Below are positions 22,022-31,893 of a stretch of 64,000 nucleotides of DNA, in pieces. Below the pieces are notes generated by a model. It saw only the letters and a program-made list of their open reading frames with translations, had not been told where the DNA came from and did not search any database. A program made the position numbers and the translations under genes. The stretch comes from Candidatus Campbellbacteria bacterium (GTDB taxonomy: Bacteria > Patescibacteriota > Minisyncoccia > Phycocordibacterales > GCA-2747955). Location: the NCBI GenBank assembly GCA_947311625.1, contig CAMZKW010000001.1, positions 15,776-79,775 of the forward strand. Direction: 5' to 3'. Within the stretch, counting starts at the first letter, position 1. Every line of letters starts with the position of its first letter.

Positions 22022-22363
22022 ATGAGTAATTTAAAAGAATTAAAAAGAGTTAGAAGACATAAAAAAATAAGGTCTACTCTTTCGGGAACTGCAGAAACTC
22101 CAAGAGTTGTAGTTTCAAAATCAAATACAGGTTTATTTGTTCAAGCAATTGATGATGTATCTGCTAAAACTTTATTTTCAGTTTCAACAAAAGGATTAAC
22201 TGGAAACAAAACAGAACAATCAAAGGAGGCTGGAAAGAAACTAGCTGAAGAAATTAAAAAAGCTTCCATTGAAAAAATAGTTTTTGATAGAGGTGGATAT
22301 CTTTATACAGGTAGAATTAAAGAATTTGCCAACGCCATGAGGGAAGCTGGATTAAAATTCTAA
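22022..22363 (+). CDS. rplR: ribosomal protein L18
   Basis: RRHKKIR..., FDRGGYLYTGRIKEFANAMREAGLKF. Confidence 0.9.
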   Translation: MSNLKELKRVRRHKKIRSTLSGTAETPRVVVSKSNTGLFVQAIDDVSAKTLFSVSTKGLTGNKTEQSKEAGKKLAEEIKKASIEKIVFDRGGYLYTGRIKEFANAMREAGLKF

Positions 22364-22387
22364 ATTAATAAAAAATAAATAAAAAAT

Positions 22388-23209
22388 ATGACAGAAGATA
22401 AAAAAACTACAATGGAAACAGTAGAAAATAACGATACTCCAATGGAAGAAGTGAAGGAGAATAAAGTTGAAGAAAAAACAGTTGAAAAAACTGAAACAAA
22501 AACTGATGATAAAAAATCAGACAGAAAACCTTTTTCAAGAGATGGCAAGAAACCTTTTAAAAAGAATTTTAAAAAAAGACCTTTTAAAAGAGAAAAACCA
22601 GAATTTGAACAAAAAATTCTTTCTCTAAGAAGGGTTACCAGAGTTATGGCTGGGGGTAGAAGATTTTCATTTTCAGTTTCTATGGTTATTGGGGATAAAA
22701 AAAATAGAGTTGGTTTAGGAATGGGAAAAGCTAATGACGTTGTTTCAGCTATTGAAAAGGCTGGAAGAAATGCTAAAAAAAATATGCTTAAGATTAAATT
22801 AACTGAAAATGGTTCAGTTCCTTATGATTTAGAAGCAAAATTTAAAGCATCTGAAATTATCATTAGACCAATTACTGGTAAAGGATTGGCTGCCGGTGGT
22901 GCCGTTAGGTCAGTATTAGAATTTGCTGGAGTTAAAGAAGCTGGAGCTAAAATTCTTTCAAGATCTAAAAATCATATAAATAATGCTAAGGCAACATTTA
23001 TTGCACTTGCTCCAATATCAGAAAGATATATTCACGAAGAACCAAAGAGAAAACTTATGGATAGAAGAGGTGGAAGAGGTGGATTTAACAGAGGTGGAAA
23101 ACCAGGGCAAGGTGGTCAAAGAAGACCATTTAATCCAGGTCAAAGAAGACCTTTTAATAAAACTGAAGCTCCAAAAACTGAAGCTAAAGTTGAAGTTAAA
23201 AAAGATTAA
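22388..23209 (+). CDS. rpsE: ribosomal protein S5 with about 75-aa N-terminal and about 45-aa RGG-rich C-terminal extensions
   Basis: Core RRVTRVMAGGRRFSFS...GLGMGKA flanked by acidic/Lys-rich and RGGRGGFNRGG segments. Confidence 0.85.
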   Translation: MTEDKKTTMETVENNDTPMEEVKENKVEEKTVEKTETKTDDKKSDRKPFSRDGKKPFKKNFKKRPFKREKPEFEQKILSLRRVTRVMAGGRRFSFSVSMVIGDKKNRVGLGMGKANDVVSAIEKAGRNAKKNMLKIKLTENGSVPYDLEAKFKASEIIIRPITGKGLAAGGAVRSVLEFAGVKEAGAKILSRSKNHINNAKATFIALAPISERYIHEEPKRKLMDRRGGRGGFNRGGKPGQGGQRRPFNPGQRRPFNKTEAPKTEAKVEVKKD

Positions 23210-23301
23210 AATTTTATATAAATTTTAAAAAATTATAAAGCGAGGTTGGTTAATTTTTTACAAAGTAAAAAAAAACCTGCCGTTAGTTAAAATAAAAAAA
23301 A

Positions 23302-23751
23302 ATGCAAATACACGACGTAAAAAAAAATTCTGCCAATAAAACATCAGTTAGAATTGGTAGAGGAGGTAAAAGAGGTAAAACTTCTGGGGCTGGAATGAAA
23401 GGTCAGAAGGCTAGAGCAGGAACTTCAGGAAGATCAGCAATGAGAGATATTATAAAAAAGATTCCAAAATTAAGAGGACAAGGAGTTAATGGAAACAAAA
23501 ATAAATCAATTATTGTTAATCATTTTCCAGTGAATCTTTCATTGATTAATGAAAAATTTGATAATGGAGAAAAAGTAAGTTCTGAAACTCTATTTGAAAA
23601 AGGAATAATTAAAAGAACAAAAGGTAAATTACCATGAGTTAAAATTTTAGGAAATGGAGATATTTCAAAAAAAGTTGAAATTGAAGGATTAAAAATTTCT
23701 GGAACAGCTAAAGAAAAAATTGAGAAAGCCGGAGGTAAAATAACTGAATAG
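23302..23751 (+). CDS. rplO: ribosomal protein L15, one in-frame TGA; follows S5 directly (no L30)
   Basis: [22 protein letters not shown]. The 92-nt gap after S5 cannot hold rpmD. Confidence 0.85.
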
Positions 23752-23755
23752 GCTT

Positions 23756-25048
23756 ATGAAAGAATTATTTACAAAAATAAAATTTATTTTTACTGATCCA
23801 GTGTTAAGAAGAAAAATTGGTTTCTTGTTAGCAATGATTTTGGTATTTAGATTATTTTCAGCAGTTCCTATTCCTAGTATTGACCAAGTAGCTCTAAAAG
23901 ATTTCTTTGATAAAAATAATTTTTTAGGAATGGTAAATATGTTTTCTGGAGGGGGGCTACAAAGTCTTTCCATAGTTATGCTTGGAGTTATGCCGTATAT
24001 TACAGCATCAATTATTATGCAGGTATTACAGATGTCATTTCCAAGATTAAAAGAAATGCAGAAAGAAGAGGGTGAAGCTGGTAGAAGAAAAATTGCTAAT
24101 ATTTCAAGAGTTGCTTCAGTTTTTATAGCTGGTATTTCGGCATTTGGGTATATGCATCTATTGCAATCATCTCATATACTTCCAAGTCTAGATACTTTTG
24201 ATATGGCAGTTAATGTTATAATGGCTATAGGTGGTGCAGTATTTTTAATGTGAATTGGAGAATTGATTTCAGAATTTGGAATCGGAAATGGTTTGTCATT
24301 GATGATTTTCGCTGGAATTATTGCTTCTGCTCCAGGTACTTTAAGACAAGCTTATGAGGGGGTAATATCTGATTCATCTCAAATACCGATGTTTCTAGGT
24401 ATATTTGCTTTTTTATTGGTATTAATTTATTTAATTGTTTATGTGACTGAAGCTGAAAGGCCAGTTCCAATAAATCAAACAAAAGTTGTAAGGGCTGGAG
24501 AAAAAGCTCAAACTATTCAAACTTTTTTACCAATTAAGTTAAATCAAGCAGGGGTTATTCCAATTATTTTTGCTATTTCAATTTTAATGTTTCCACAAAT
24601 GATTTATGGATTTTTGAGTTCAATAAATATTGTGGGCGATACATCAGTATTGGCAACAGTAGTTGAATTTTTAAATAATCAATTATATCAAGGTATTATT
24701 TACTTCATCTTAGTATTTCTGTTTACTTTCTTTTATACAGCAGTTACCTTTGATCCAAAGGAAATGGCTGAAAATTTACAGAAAGCAGGCAACTTTGTAC
24801 CAGGAATTAGACCAGGGGAAGATACAGAAGAATTTTTTGGTAAAATTACCACAAGGGTAACTTTTATAGGGGCTGTATTTTTAGGTTTAGTTGCAGTTTT
24901 ACCAATGTTAATTGGTGGACTAACTGGAATAACTTATCTAGGAATTGGAGGAACATCTCTTTTAATTATTGTTTCCGTAGGTATTGACTTGATTAGAAAA
25001 GTTAATGCACAGATTTCAGTGAGAGAGTATTTAAATTCAGTAGATTAA
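23756..25048 (+). CDS. secY: preprotein translocase SecY, 430 aa, one in-frame TGA
   Basis: GGAVFLM-W-IGELISEFGIGNG. The TGA aligns with the conserved LMWLGE Trp. Confidence 0.9.
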
Positions 25049-25160
25049 ATACTATTTTTAAAAAATTACAGTTTATCTGTATTTTTTTATTTAAAAATAA
25101 AATTTTTCCTTGTTCAAGGAAGTTTTTTTCTTTGTAATTACACCATGCAAAGTGTTAAAT

Positions 25161-25234
25161 GTGGGTAAGGTTGTGGATAAGTGGTAGAAAATGGGGAAAA
25201 GTGGGTTGCAAGTGGGAGAAAATGGGTATATACT
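25161..25234 (+). promoter_or_regulatory. array of about 7 GTGG(G/T) boxes at 10-11 nt spacing, ending in a TATACT -10; probable MraZ operator plus dcw promoter
   Basis: Boxes start at 25161, 25173, 25181, 25192, 25201, 25212 and 25223. MraZ is known to bind direct repeats of GTGG-type boxes upstream of its own operon. Confidence 0.6.
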
Positions 25235-25459
25235 AAATTTAATCTTTTTTAATATGTTCTAAATTTTATTTGGAATAAAAAAGATTTTCCTTGATTGGAA
25301 GACGGTCCAAAGATTGAAGATTTTTTGGTTTTTTGAAAACCTTTATCACTCATACTTATAGACCTAAATTGAGACCAAAGAATATTTATTTATTCTTCTC
25401 ATTAGGGCTAACTATCTTAATTAACAACTTTGGAGTGTCATTAAAAATTTTAAATTTTA

Positions 25460-25482
25460 GGTGGCGCGCTTCGCGCGCCACC
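25460..25482. repeat. GC palindrome ggtggcgcgc/ttc/gcgcgccacc inside the mraZ leader
   Basis: 10-bp GC stem. A second hairpin tgacgcg/gaatat/cgcgtca lies at 25504..25523. Confidence 0.6.
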
Positions 25483-25533
25483 GAGCAAAATTTAAAGTTT
25501 TTAATGACGCGGAATATCGCGTCAAAAAATATT

Positions 25534-25965
25534 ATGTTAATCGGAGAATTTACACATTCAATAGATGACAAAGGGAGAACATCTCTTCCGTCAAAATTTA
25601 AAGGCGAAATGGGAACTCGTGTTGTTTTATCTCGTGGTTTAGAAAAAACTATTACAGTTTACACTGAGGAGTCTTGAAAAAAAATGAATGAAAAATTATC
25701 TGAAACATTATCTTTAACCAATCCAAAACATAGAGAATTTTCTAGGTTTATGCTTTCTGGAGCTCAAGAAGTTGAATTAGATAAACAGGGAAGAATTAGA
25801 GTTCCAGACTTTCTTAAGGAATATGCAGAACTTGATAAAAAACTTGTTTGAACTGGTGCTGGAGATAAGGCAGAAATCTGATCTGAAGAAAAATGAAATA
25901 AATATATTTCAGAAGTATCTTCTAATCCAGAGGAAATTGCTGAATCTTTAGAAGGGATAATTTAA
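25534..25965 (+). CDS. mraZ: transcriptional regulator MraZ, 143 aa, four in-frame TGA
   Basis: GEFTHSIDDKGRTSLPSKF and LDKQGRIRVPDFL (two SpoVT-AbrB repeats). TGA falls at the conserved EIW position. Confidence 0.9.
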
Positions 25966-26101
25966 TATTTTTATGTCAGTGGCAAAGCCACCGAACAATA
26001 AAAAACTTTGATTTCAAAAAATAATATTTAGTTGGCGAACTAATTATTAAATTTTTGATTTTGCTTGTAAATAATTTTGCTGGCAAAACAAAAAATTTAA
26101 T

Positions 26102-27010
26102 ATGACTTTAACAGTTCATAAACCGGTTCTTTTAAAAGAAGTAATTGAGTCCATGAATTTGAAAAAAGGAGACATTGTATTTGACGGAACTCTTGGTGGT
26201 GGTGGATATTCTGAAGAAATTTCAAAAAATATTTCTGAAAATGGAATTTTAATTGGAACAGATTTAGATTCTGAAGCACTTAAAAAAGTTAAGAATAGGT
26301 TAAAAAAATACAAAAATCAGAAAAACTTTTTTCAAAAAAATTATGCTCAAATTGATGAAATTTTAGAAGAACTCAAAATAGAAAATTTAGATTCTGCGAC
26401 TTTAGATTTAGGTATTAGTTCAGACCAATTAGAAGAAATTCAAAGAGGCATATCTTTCAAAAATTTAGATAATCCTTTAGATATGAATTTAACTGATAGG
26501 GAAGAGCTAAAAAAACTTACAGCTTCAGAAATTTTGAATGAATGAGATGAAGAAAGTATTGCAGATATAATTTTTTATTATGGTGATGAAAGAGCAGCTC
26601 GAAAAATTGCTAAGGCAATTGTCGATGAGAGAAAAAACAAACCATTTAATAAGGTATCTGATTTGGTTGAATTGTTAGAAAGGGAGGTTGGATATTTTTA
26701 TAAAAATAAAAAAATACATCCAGCAACTAAAACATTTCAAGCTTTACGTATAACTGTTAATGATGAAATGGGTAACTTAAAAATTGCACTAAAAAATATA
26801 ATTAAATTTATGAAATCTGGAGGAAGATTTTCTGTAGTCACTTTTCATTCATTGGAAGATAAAATTGTAAAACAAATTTTTAGAGAATTTGAAGAAGATG
26901 AAATTGTTAAAAGAGTGAATAAAAAAGTTATAAAGCCTAGCGAAGAAGAATTGAAAGAGAACCAACGAGCCAGGTCAGCAAAATTAAGGGTAATAGAAAA
27001 AATTAATTAA
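26102..27010 (+). CDS. rsmH: 16S rRNA m4C1402 methyltransferase RsmH, one in-frame TGA
   Basis: HKPVLLKEV, DGTLGGGGYS, DLGISSDQL, HPATKTFQALRI, FHSLEDKIVK. Confidence 0.9.
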
Positions 27011-27016
27011 AAAGTT

Positions 27017-27337
27017 ATGAATATAAAAATAGAAAAAATGAATAATTATCTTTTAAATAAACATAATAAAGTTTTTATTTCTTTTTCCATATCTATTTTT
27101 ATATTATCAATTATTTATGTATATTTTTTATTTATGTCAGTATCTTATACATATGCTTCAGAAAAAAAATCCTATTTATTAAATACTTTAATTACAGAAA
27201 ATGTTGAAAATAAAAATTATATTTTTAAAAAAGAATTAGAATCAGAATCAAAATTAATTACAAAAAATTTTGTTAATATAGAAAAAATAAAATATATAAA
27301 TAGAACAAACCCGGTAGTTGTTAAATTAAGTAAATAA
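27017..27337 (+). CDS. small single-TM protein in the ftsL position
   Basis: Gene order is mraZ-rsmH-this gene. One TM, then a short periplasmic segment. Confidence 0.35.
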   Translation: MNIKIEKMNNYLLNKHNKVFISFSISIFILSIIYVYFLFMSVSYTYASEKKSYLLNTLITENVENKNYIFKKELESESKLITKNFVNIEKIKYINRTNPVVVKLSK

Positions 27338-27377
27338 ATTACTTTTTTTTTATTTTATAAATTGATATAATATTATT

Positions 27378-28331
27378 ATGAATACTGAAAATAAAACTCT
27401 TCTTTTGGCAAAATATATTTTTATATTTTTCTTATTTCTTTCAATTTTTGGATATGGTGGTTTTTATATTTATGATTCTTTTATAAAAGAAAAAAAAGAT
27501 AATATAAAAATAAATATTGACCCAGAGATTGATAATGAATTTAATAATTTATTTAAAGATAAAAAAAAAGATAAACCTAATAAAGAAAGTGAAATAGAAT
27601 ATGTAAAAAATAATTGTTACATTGATGATTTAACTATAAAATCTGGAGAAAAAAAATTACTTTATTCAAGAAAAATAGTTAGTCCATATGAAAAATGTTC
27701 TGATTTCTCAAAGGAAAGAATATGTGATGATGGATTTATGTTAGGAGATAATTCTTTTAAATTTTCTTCCTGTAGAGTAGATTTAGATTGCCAATTACCA
27801 GATAATAGTATTTTAAAAAATAATGAAAATATAAAATTATATTCTAAAAAAGTTGTTAAGTTTGGAGAAACCTGTGAAAGATATGCATCCGTTAGAACTT
27901 GTAAAAAAAATGTATTAACCGGTGATGATAGATTTATTTATAAAAATTGTAAAATATCATACGATAATTCCTGTGATGTTGGTGGGGGTCATATATTGGC
28001 AGACGACCAAACACATGTGTTTTATAAAAAAAATTCTGTTGAGTTTGGTCAAAATTGTTTAGATTTTTCTAAAAGACTAATTTGTAGTGATGCTGTGTTG
28101 CAGGGTGGTGATATTTTAATTTATAAATATTGAAATTGTTCTCAAAAAACAGCATCAGATTGTTATATTGATAATATAAAAATAGAACATGGAAGTTCTA
28201 AAGGATTGTATTCTAAAAAATTTGGAACAGCCACAAGAAATTGTAATTTCTTTAAAGAAATAAGAACTTGTATAAATGGAAAATTAGATGGACAGCCTGA
28301 ATATAAATATTCTCAATGTTATGACAACTAA
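27378..28331 (+). CDS. membrane-anchored protein with four about 58-aa Cys-containing repeats, 317 aa, one in-frame TGA
   Basis: The repeat pattern C-x-[DN]...LYSKK...C..F...R.C.....L.G...F.Y..C occurs four times. One N-terminal TM. Confidence 0.55.
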
Positions 28332-28379
28332 AAGATAAATATCTTTTTTTTTATCTCAAAAAATGATATTATAAAGTGT

Positions 28380-28919
28380 ATGATTATACAAAAATTTTTA
28401 AATCCTGAATTTTTAATCAAACAATCAGGAATAAGTGAAAATTCTATTGTTGCTGATTTTGGAGCTGGGATGGGTCACTATGCTGAAAAATTATCTAAAG
28501 ACGTCGGACCAGATGGAAAAGTTTATATTATTGAAATACAAAATGATGTTTTGGGGAGGGTAAAAAAAGATTTTGATGAAAAGAAAATACAAAATATAGA
28601 ATATATAAATTCTAATTTAGAGGTTGAAGGTGGTTCAAAAATAGCTAGTGAAAAAGTTGATTTTGTTTTGATTGCTTCTGTTTTATTTCAATCTTTGGAA
28701 AAAGAAAATATAATTAAAGAGGCAGTTAGAATTTTAAGACCCAATGGAAGGATTTTGGTTGTTGAATGAAAGGCATGTTTCTCTGGAATTGGACCTGATG
28801 AAGATTTAATTTTTCAAGAGGAGCAAGCTTTAGAATTGATGAAAAAATATCCTGTTAAATTGGAGAGGACTTTAGATGCTGGTGATTATCATTATGCTTT
28901 TATGTTTAGAAAGGTTTAG
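28380..28919 (+). CDS. class I SAM-dependent methyltransferase, 179 aa, one in-frame TGA
   Basis: Motif I VADFGAGMGHYA. Post-I and motif II spacing is typical. Confidence 0.6.
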
Positions 28920-28934
28920 AAAGAAAAAATAAAA

Positions 28935-29025
28935 AAAGAGCGCGCCTTCGGCGCGCTCTTTTTATAAAAAATTTATACACAACTTTGTCAATATTCTATT
29001 GACAAAAGAAAAAAACGATTATAAT
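28935..29025 (+). repeat. terminator-promoter module, copy A: hairpin aaagagcgcgcc/ttc/ggcgcgctcttt plus ttatacaca box plus ctattgaca, 15-nt spacer, tataat
   Basis: About 90 nt align with 40345..40439 with few substitutions. TTGACA at 28999..29004 and TATAAT at 29020..29025. Confidence 0.7.
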
Positions 29026-29084
29026 GTAAAAAGTCAAATAGTTGGAAAATTAATTTTCTTAATCAAAATAAAAAAGGAGAAAAA

Positions 29085-29495
29085 ATGGAATATGGGCAAT
29101 TAATATTAGGATTACTATTCTGTTTAGGATTATTAATCCCGATAGTAGGACTAGTAGTGGCGCTCATAAACTCTGATAGTTTATGGGAAAGAATCGAACT
29201 CTTAATGATTGGTACATTATTTATCATCATTATTGCATGTATACCATACATGCTTATTGTAACCTCTATTTATGATGAAAGAGAAGAGGATACAATTACT
29301 TCAAGGCAGACCCTTGAAGGTGTAAGAAGTGGGTCAGAAACCCACGGGTCAGGAGGCCTATTTACCTTCTTAATTCAGTCTTCCGATAACTATATTGGCT
29401 GGAGGAAGAAGGATGGTGGCTTGCAAAAATTTTCCATGCCTCAAAGCTCGATAGTTTACGAGGAGGATGACTTGAAACATTCTGGATACTACTAG
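29085..29495 (+). CDS. orphan 136-aa protein with two N-terminal TM segments; SD-led and TGA-free; the frame stays open 37 codons past its TAG
   Basis: aaaaaggagaaaaaATG. Extension 29496..29606 ends in TAG TAG at the foot of hairpin 29611..29631. Confidence 0.55.
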   Translation: MEYGQLILGLLFCLGLLIPIVGLVVALINSDSLWERIELLMIGTLFIIIIACIPYMLIVTSIYDEREEDTITSRQTLEGVRSGSETHGSGGLFTFLIQSSDNYIGWRKKDGGLQKFSMPQSSIVYEEDDLKHSGYY

Positions 29496-29727
29496 GAAAG
29501 GTGTATCAGAAAAAAGTACTATCTTGACGGTAGTACTGGGTGGGATAAATGTAGATATGAGATTCATGTTCCAAAAGGGACGGTGAATCTCGAGTTTAAT
29601 GTTAAGTAGTAGGTTGCGACGTAGTTGCAACCAATTTTTTTAATAAAAAGGATAGTTTTAACTGATAATTATGAAAAAGAGTATTTCTTTTATAAAAAAA
29701 AAAATAATTAAATTATTTTTTTATTTG

Positions 29728-29801
29728 TGTCGAAGGAGAGATTTGAACTCTCGACCTCAGCGTTATGAGTGCTGCGCTCTAACCAACTGAGCTACCCCGA
29801 C
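29728..29801 (-). tRNA. tRNA with anticodon CAU (elongator Met or lysidine-Ile2)
   Basis: gtcggggtagctcagttggttagagc...actCATaac...gagagttcaaatctctc. Confidence 0.8.
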
Positions 29802-29885
29802 ATTATTCTTTTTTTTATTATAATATTAAATTATTTATATTAAATAATTTATAGCGCAATCCTGTGCTCACTGATTCTAATCTTA

Positions 29886-29903
29886 AACTGAGCTACCCCG
29901 ACA
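29886..29903 (-). repeat. 18-nt duplicate of the 5' end of the adjacent tRNA(CAU)
   Basis: aactgagctaccccgaca occurs at 29786..29803 and 29886..29903. The downstream part does not fold as a tRNA. Confidence 0.6.
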
Positions 29904-30027
29904 TTTTTTATTTTAAAAGTAAATTACTTTTAAAAAGTTTTTATATTATATACGAAAAATATTATTTTTCAAGTCATGAAAATTACTTTTCAAAAAAAAT
30001 AATTATGTTATAATTTCAATATATATT

Positions 30028-30426
30028 ATGTCGTTTGAAATTACATCTAATTTAAAAACAAAAAAATACCCAGAAAAAATACCCTATAAAAAAATTAAAG
30101 ATTTTGTTTTAGGTAATAGTTATGAACTTTCTTTGGTGTTTATTGGAGATAAGTTATCTAAAAAATTAAATTCTGAATTTAGGGGTAAAGAAAAAGCTAC
30201 CGATGTTTTAACTTTTCCTATTTCAGAAGATATGGGGGAAATATTTATAAATTTAAGCTATTCAGAAAAAACAGCAAAAAAATTTGATAGAGAAAAGGAT
30301 AATTTTGTAGCATTTTTATTTATCCATGGATTAGCTCATATTTTAGGTTATGACCATGAAGATGATGAAGATGCAGAGGAAATGGAAAAATTTGAAAAAA
30401 AAATAAGAAAGAAATTTAAAATTTAA
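30028..30426 (+). CDS. ybeY: rRNA maturation endoribonuclease YbeY
   Basis: HGLAHILGYDHEDD zinc motif. 132 aa. Confidence 0.85.
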   Translation: MSFEITSNLKTKKYPEKIPYKKIKDFVLGNSYELSLVFIGDKLSKKLNSEFRGKEKATDVLTFPISEDMGEIFINLSYSEKTAKKFDREKDNFVAFLFIHGLAHILGYDHEDDEDAEEMEKFEKKIRKKFKI

Positions 30427-30464
30427 AAAAAGAAAAGATTTTGAAATAAAAAAAAGGAGAGTCT

Positions 30465-30641
30465 ATGGCTTTTGATTACGAAAAGTATAAAAGAAAAAAG
30501 AAGAAAGAAAAGGTGTTGTGCAATATTTCTGATTCTGATGTTGTTAAAAAACCAATATTCTTATCTAGAAAAAGAAAAAGAAATACTCTCGAGGGTGGTA
30601 ATTTTGAAGAATATTATTTTGCAGATAATGGAAAGGATTAG
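30465..30641 (+). CDS. orphan 58-aa basic protein, SD-led, TAG stop
   Basis: aaaaaggagagtctATG. Contains KRKRNTLEGG. Confidence 0.4.
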   Translation: MAFDYEKYKRKKKKEKVLCNISDSDVVKKPIFLSRKRKRNTLEGGNFEEYYFADNGKD

Positions 30642-30834
30642 TTATGTCTTACTCAGAAAAAATATACTTGAGAAATACAGATATAAAAAAACTAATATAT
30701 TTGTAAAAATAATTATTTTTTTAAAAACCCTCTTTATTTCTTTTAGAAAAAAAAATAGTTTAGAGAAAGAGTATTTTGATATAGATGTCAAAAGAGATAG
30801 GACTACCCTAGAAGGAGGCGAGGTGATAAAATAA
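30628..30834 (+). CDS. orphan 68-aa protein in a second frame ending KRDRTTLEGGEVIK
   Basis: The decapeptide KR-x-R-x-TLEGG is repeated with mostly synonymous third-position differences relative to 30570..30599. Confidence 0.3.
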   Translation: MERISYVLLRKNILEKYRYKKTNIFVKIIIFLKTLFISFRKKNSLEKEYFDIDVKRDRTTLEGGEVIK

Positions 30835-30907
30835 AACATAACTAAAGATTTTTTAATCTTTAGTTTTTTATTAAAAAAACCCAGCATTTGCTCAGTTAAT
30901 TTTTTTG

Positions 30908-30980
30908 TCGGAGTACTGGGATTCGAACCCAGACTACACGCTCCCAAAGCGCGCGTGCTAGCCGCTGACACCATACTCCG
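30908..30980 (-). tRNA. tRNA-Pro(UGG)
   Basis: cggagta...cgcgctTTGGgagcgtg...ctgggttcgaatcccag tactccg a. Confidence 0.8.
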
Positions 30981-31076
30981 AAGTGAGAACATTTTAACAT
31001 AAAATAAGAAAAATAACAAAATAAAATATTATTATATTAATATAATTTATTGAAAATCTGATATAATATATTATAT

Positions 31077-31850
31077 ATGAATGATTATTATAACGATGAA
31101 GAAATAGAAATTTTAAGAGATGGTGGAAAAAAATTAGCTTGGATAATGAATGAATTAGAAAAATATTTAGAAATTGGAATAAAGGTTGAATCCATTGAAA
31201 AAAAAACCAGAGAACTTATACAGGAGGTTGGAGCAACTTCTGGAACAATTGGATATACACCGAGGGGGGCTCCTTTTCCATTTCCATCGGCAGTTTGTAC
31301 TTCCATAGATAATGGAATTGCCCATGGAATCTCAAAGGACAATAAAAGAAAACTTAAAAGTGGTGATGTTGTGTCTCTTGATGTTGTTATAAAATACAAA
31401 GGTCTTTTTGTAGATACTTGTAGAACCTACGGCATTGGAGATTTATCTCAGGAAGATAGGGAGTTAATTGCCACTGCCAGAGAAACAACGGATAAAGCTA
31501 TAGAAGCGGCTATAATTGGAAACACAACGGATGATATTGGAAAAGCTTCTGAAAACACTGCTAGAGAATTTGGATTTGATACAATCAAAGAATTAGGTGG
31601 TCATGGTGTTGGAAGAAAGGTTCATGATGAGCCATTTATACCCAATGCTCCAAACTTAGGCGTTGAGGTTAGAAATATTAAAGAAGGTATGGTTTTAGCC
31701 ATTGAACCCATAGTGACAGCAGGTGATTGAAGGATGAAGGAAGGTGAAGATGGGTATTTATATTTAACAGAAGATGAATCAAAAACTGCTCAATTTGAAG
31801 AAACAGTTTTGATTACAAAAGATGGTCCAGAAATTCTTACTAAAATTTAG
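31077..31850 (+). CDS. map: methionine aminopeptidase type I, 257 aa, one in-frame TGA
   Basis: VCTSIDNGIAHG, DVV, GHGVGRKVHDEP, LAIEP, FEETVLIT. Confidence 0.85.
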
Positions 31851-31893
31851 TAAGTTTTTTGTATAAAATTTATTTTTAAGGTATAATATTTTT

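Noticed and set aside
25333-25533. N-terminal 67 residues of track ORF 25333..25677
   Set aside because: MraZ homology begins at the ATG at 25534. The upstream part runs through two hairpins and is a leader.
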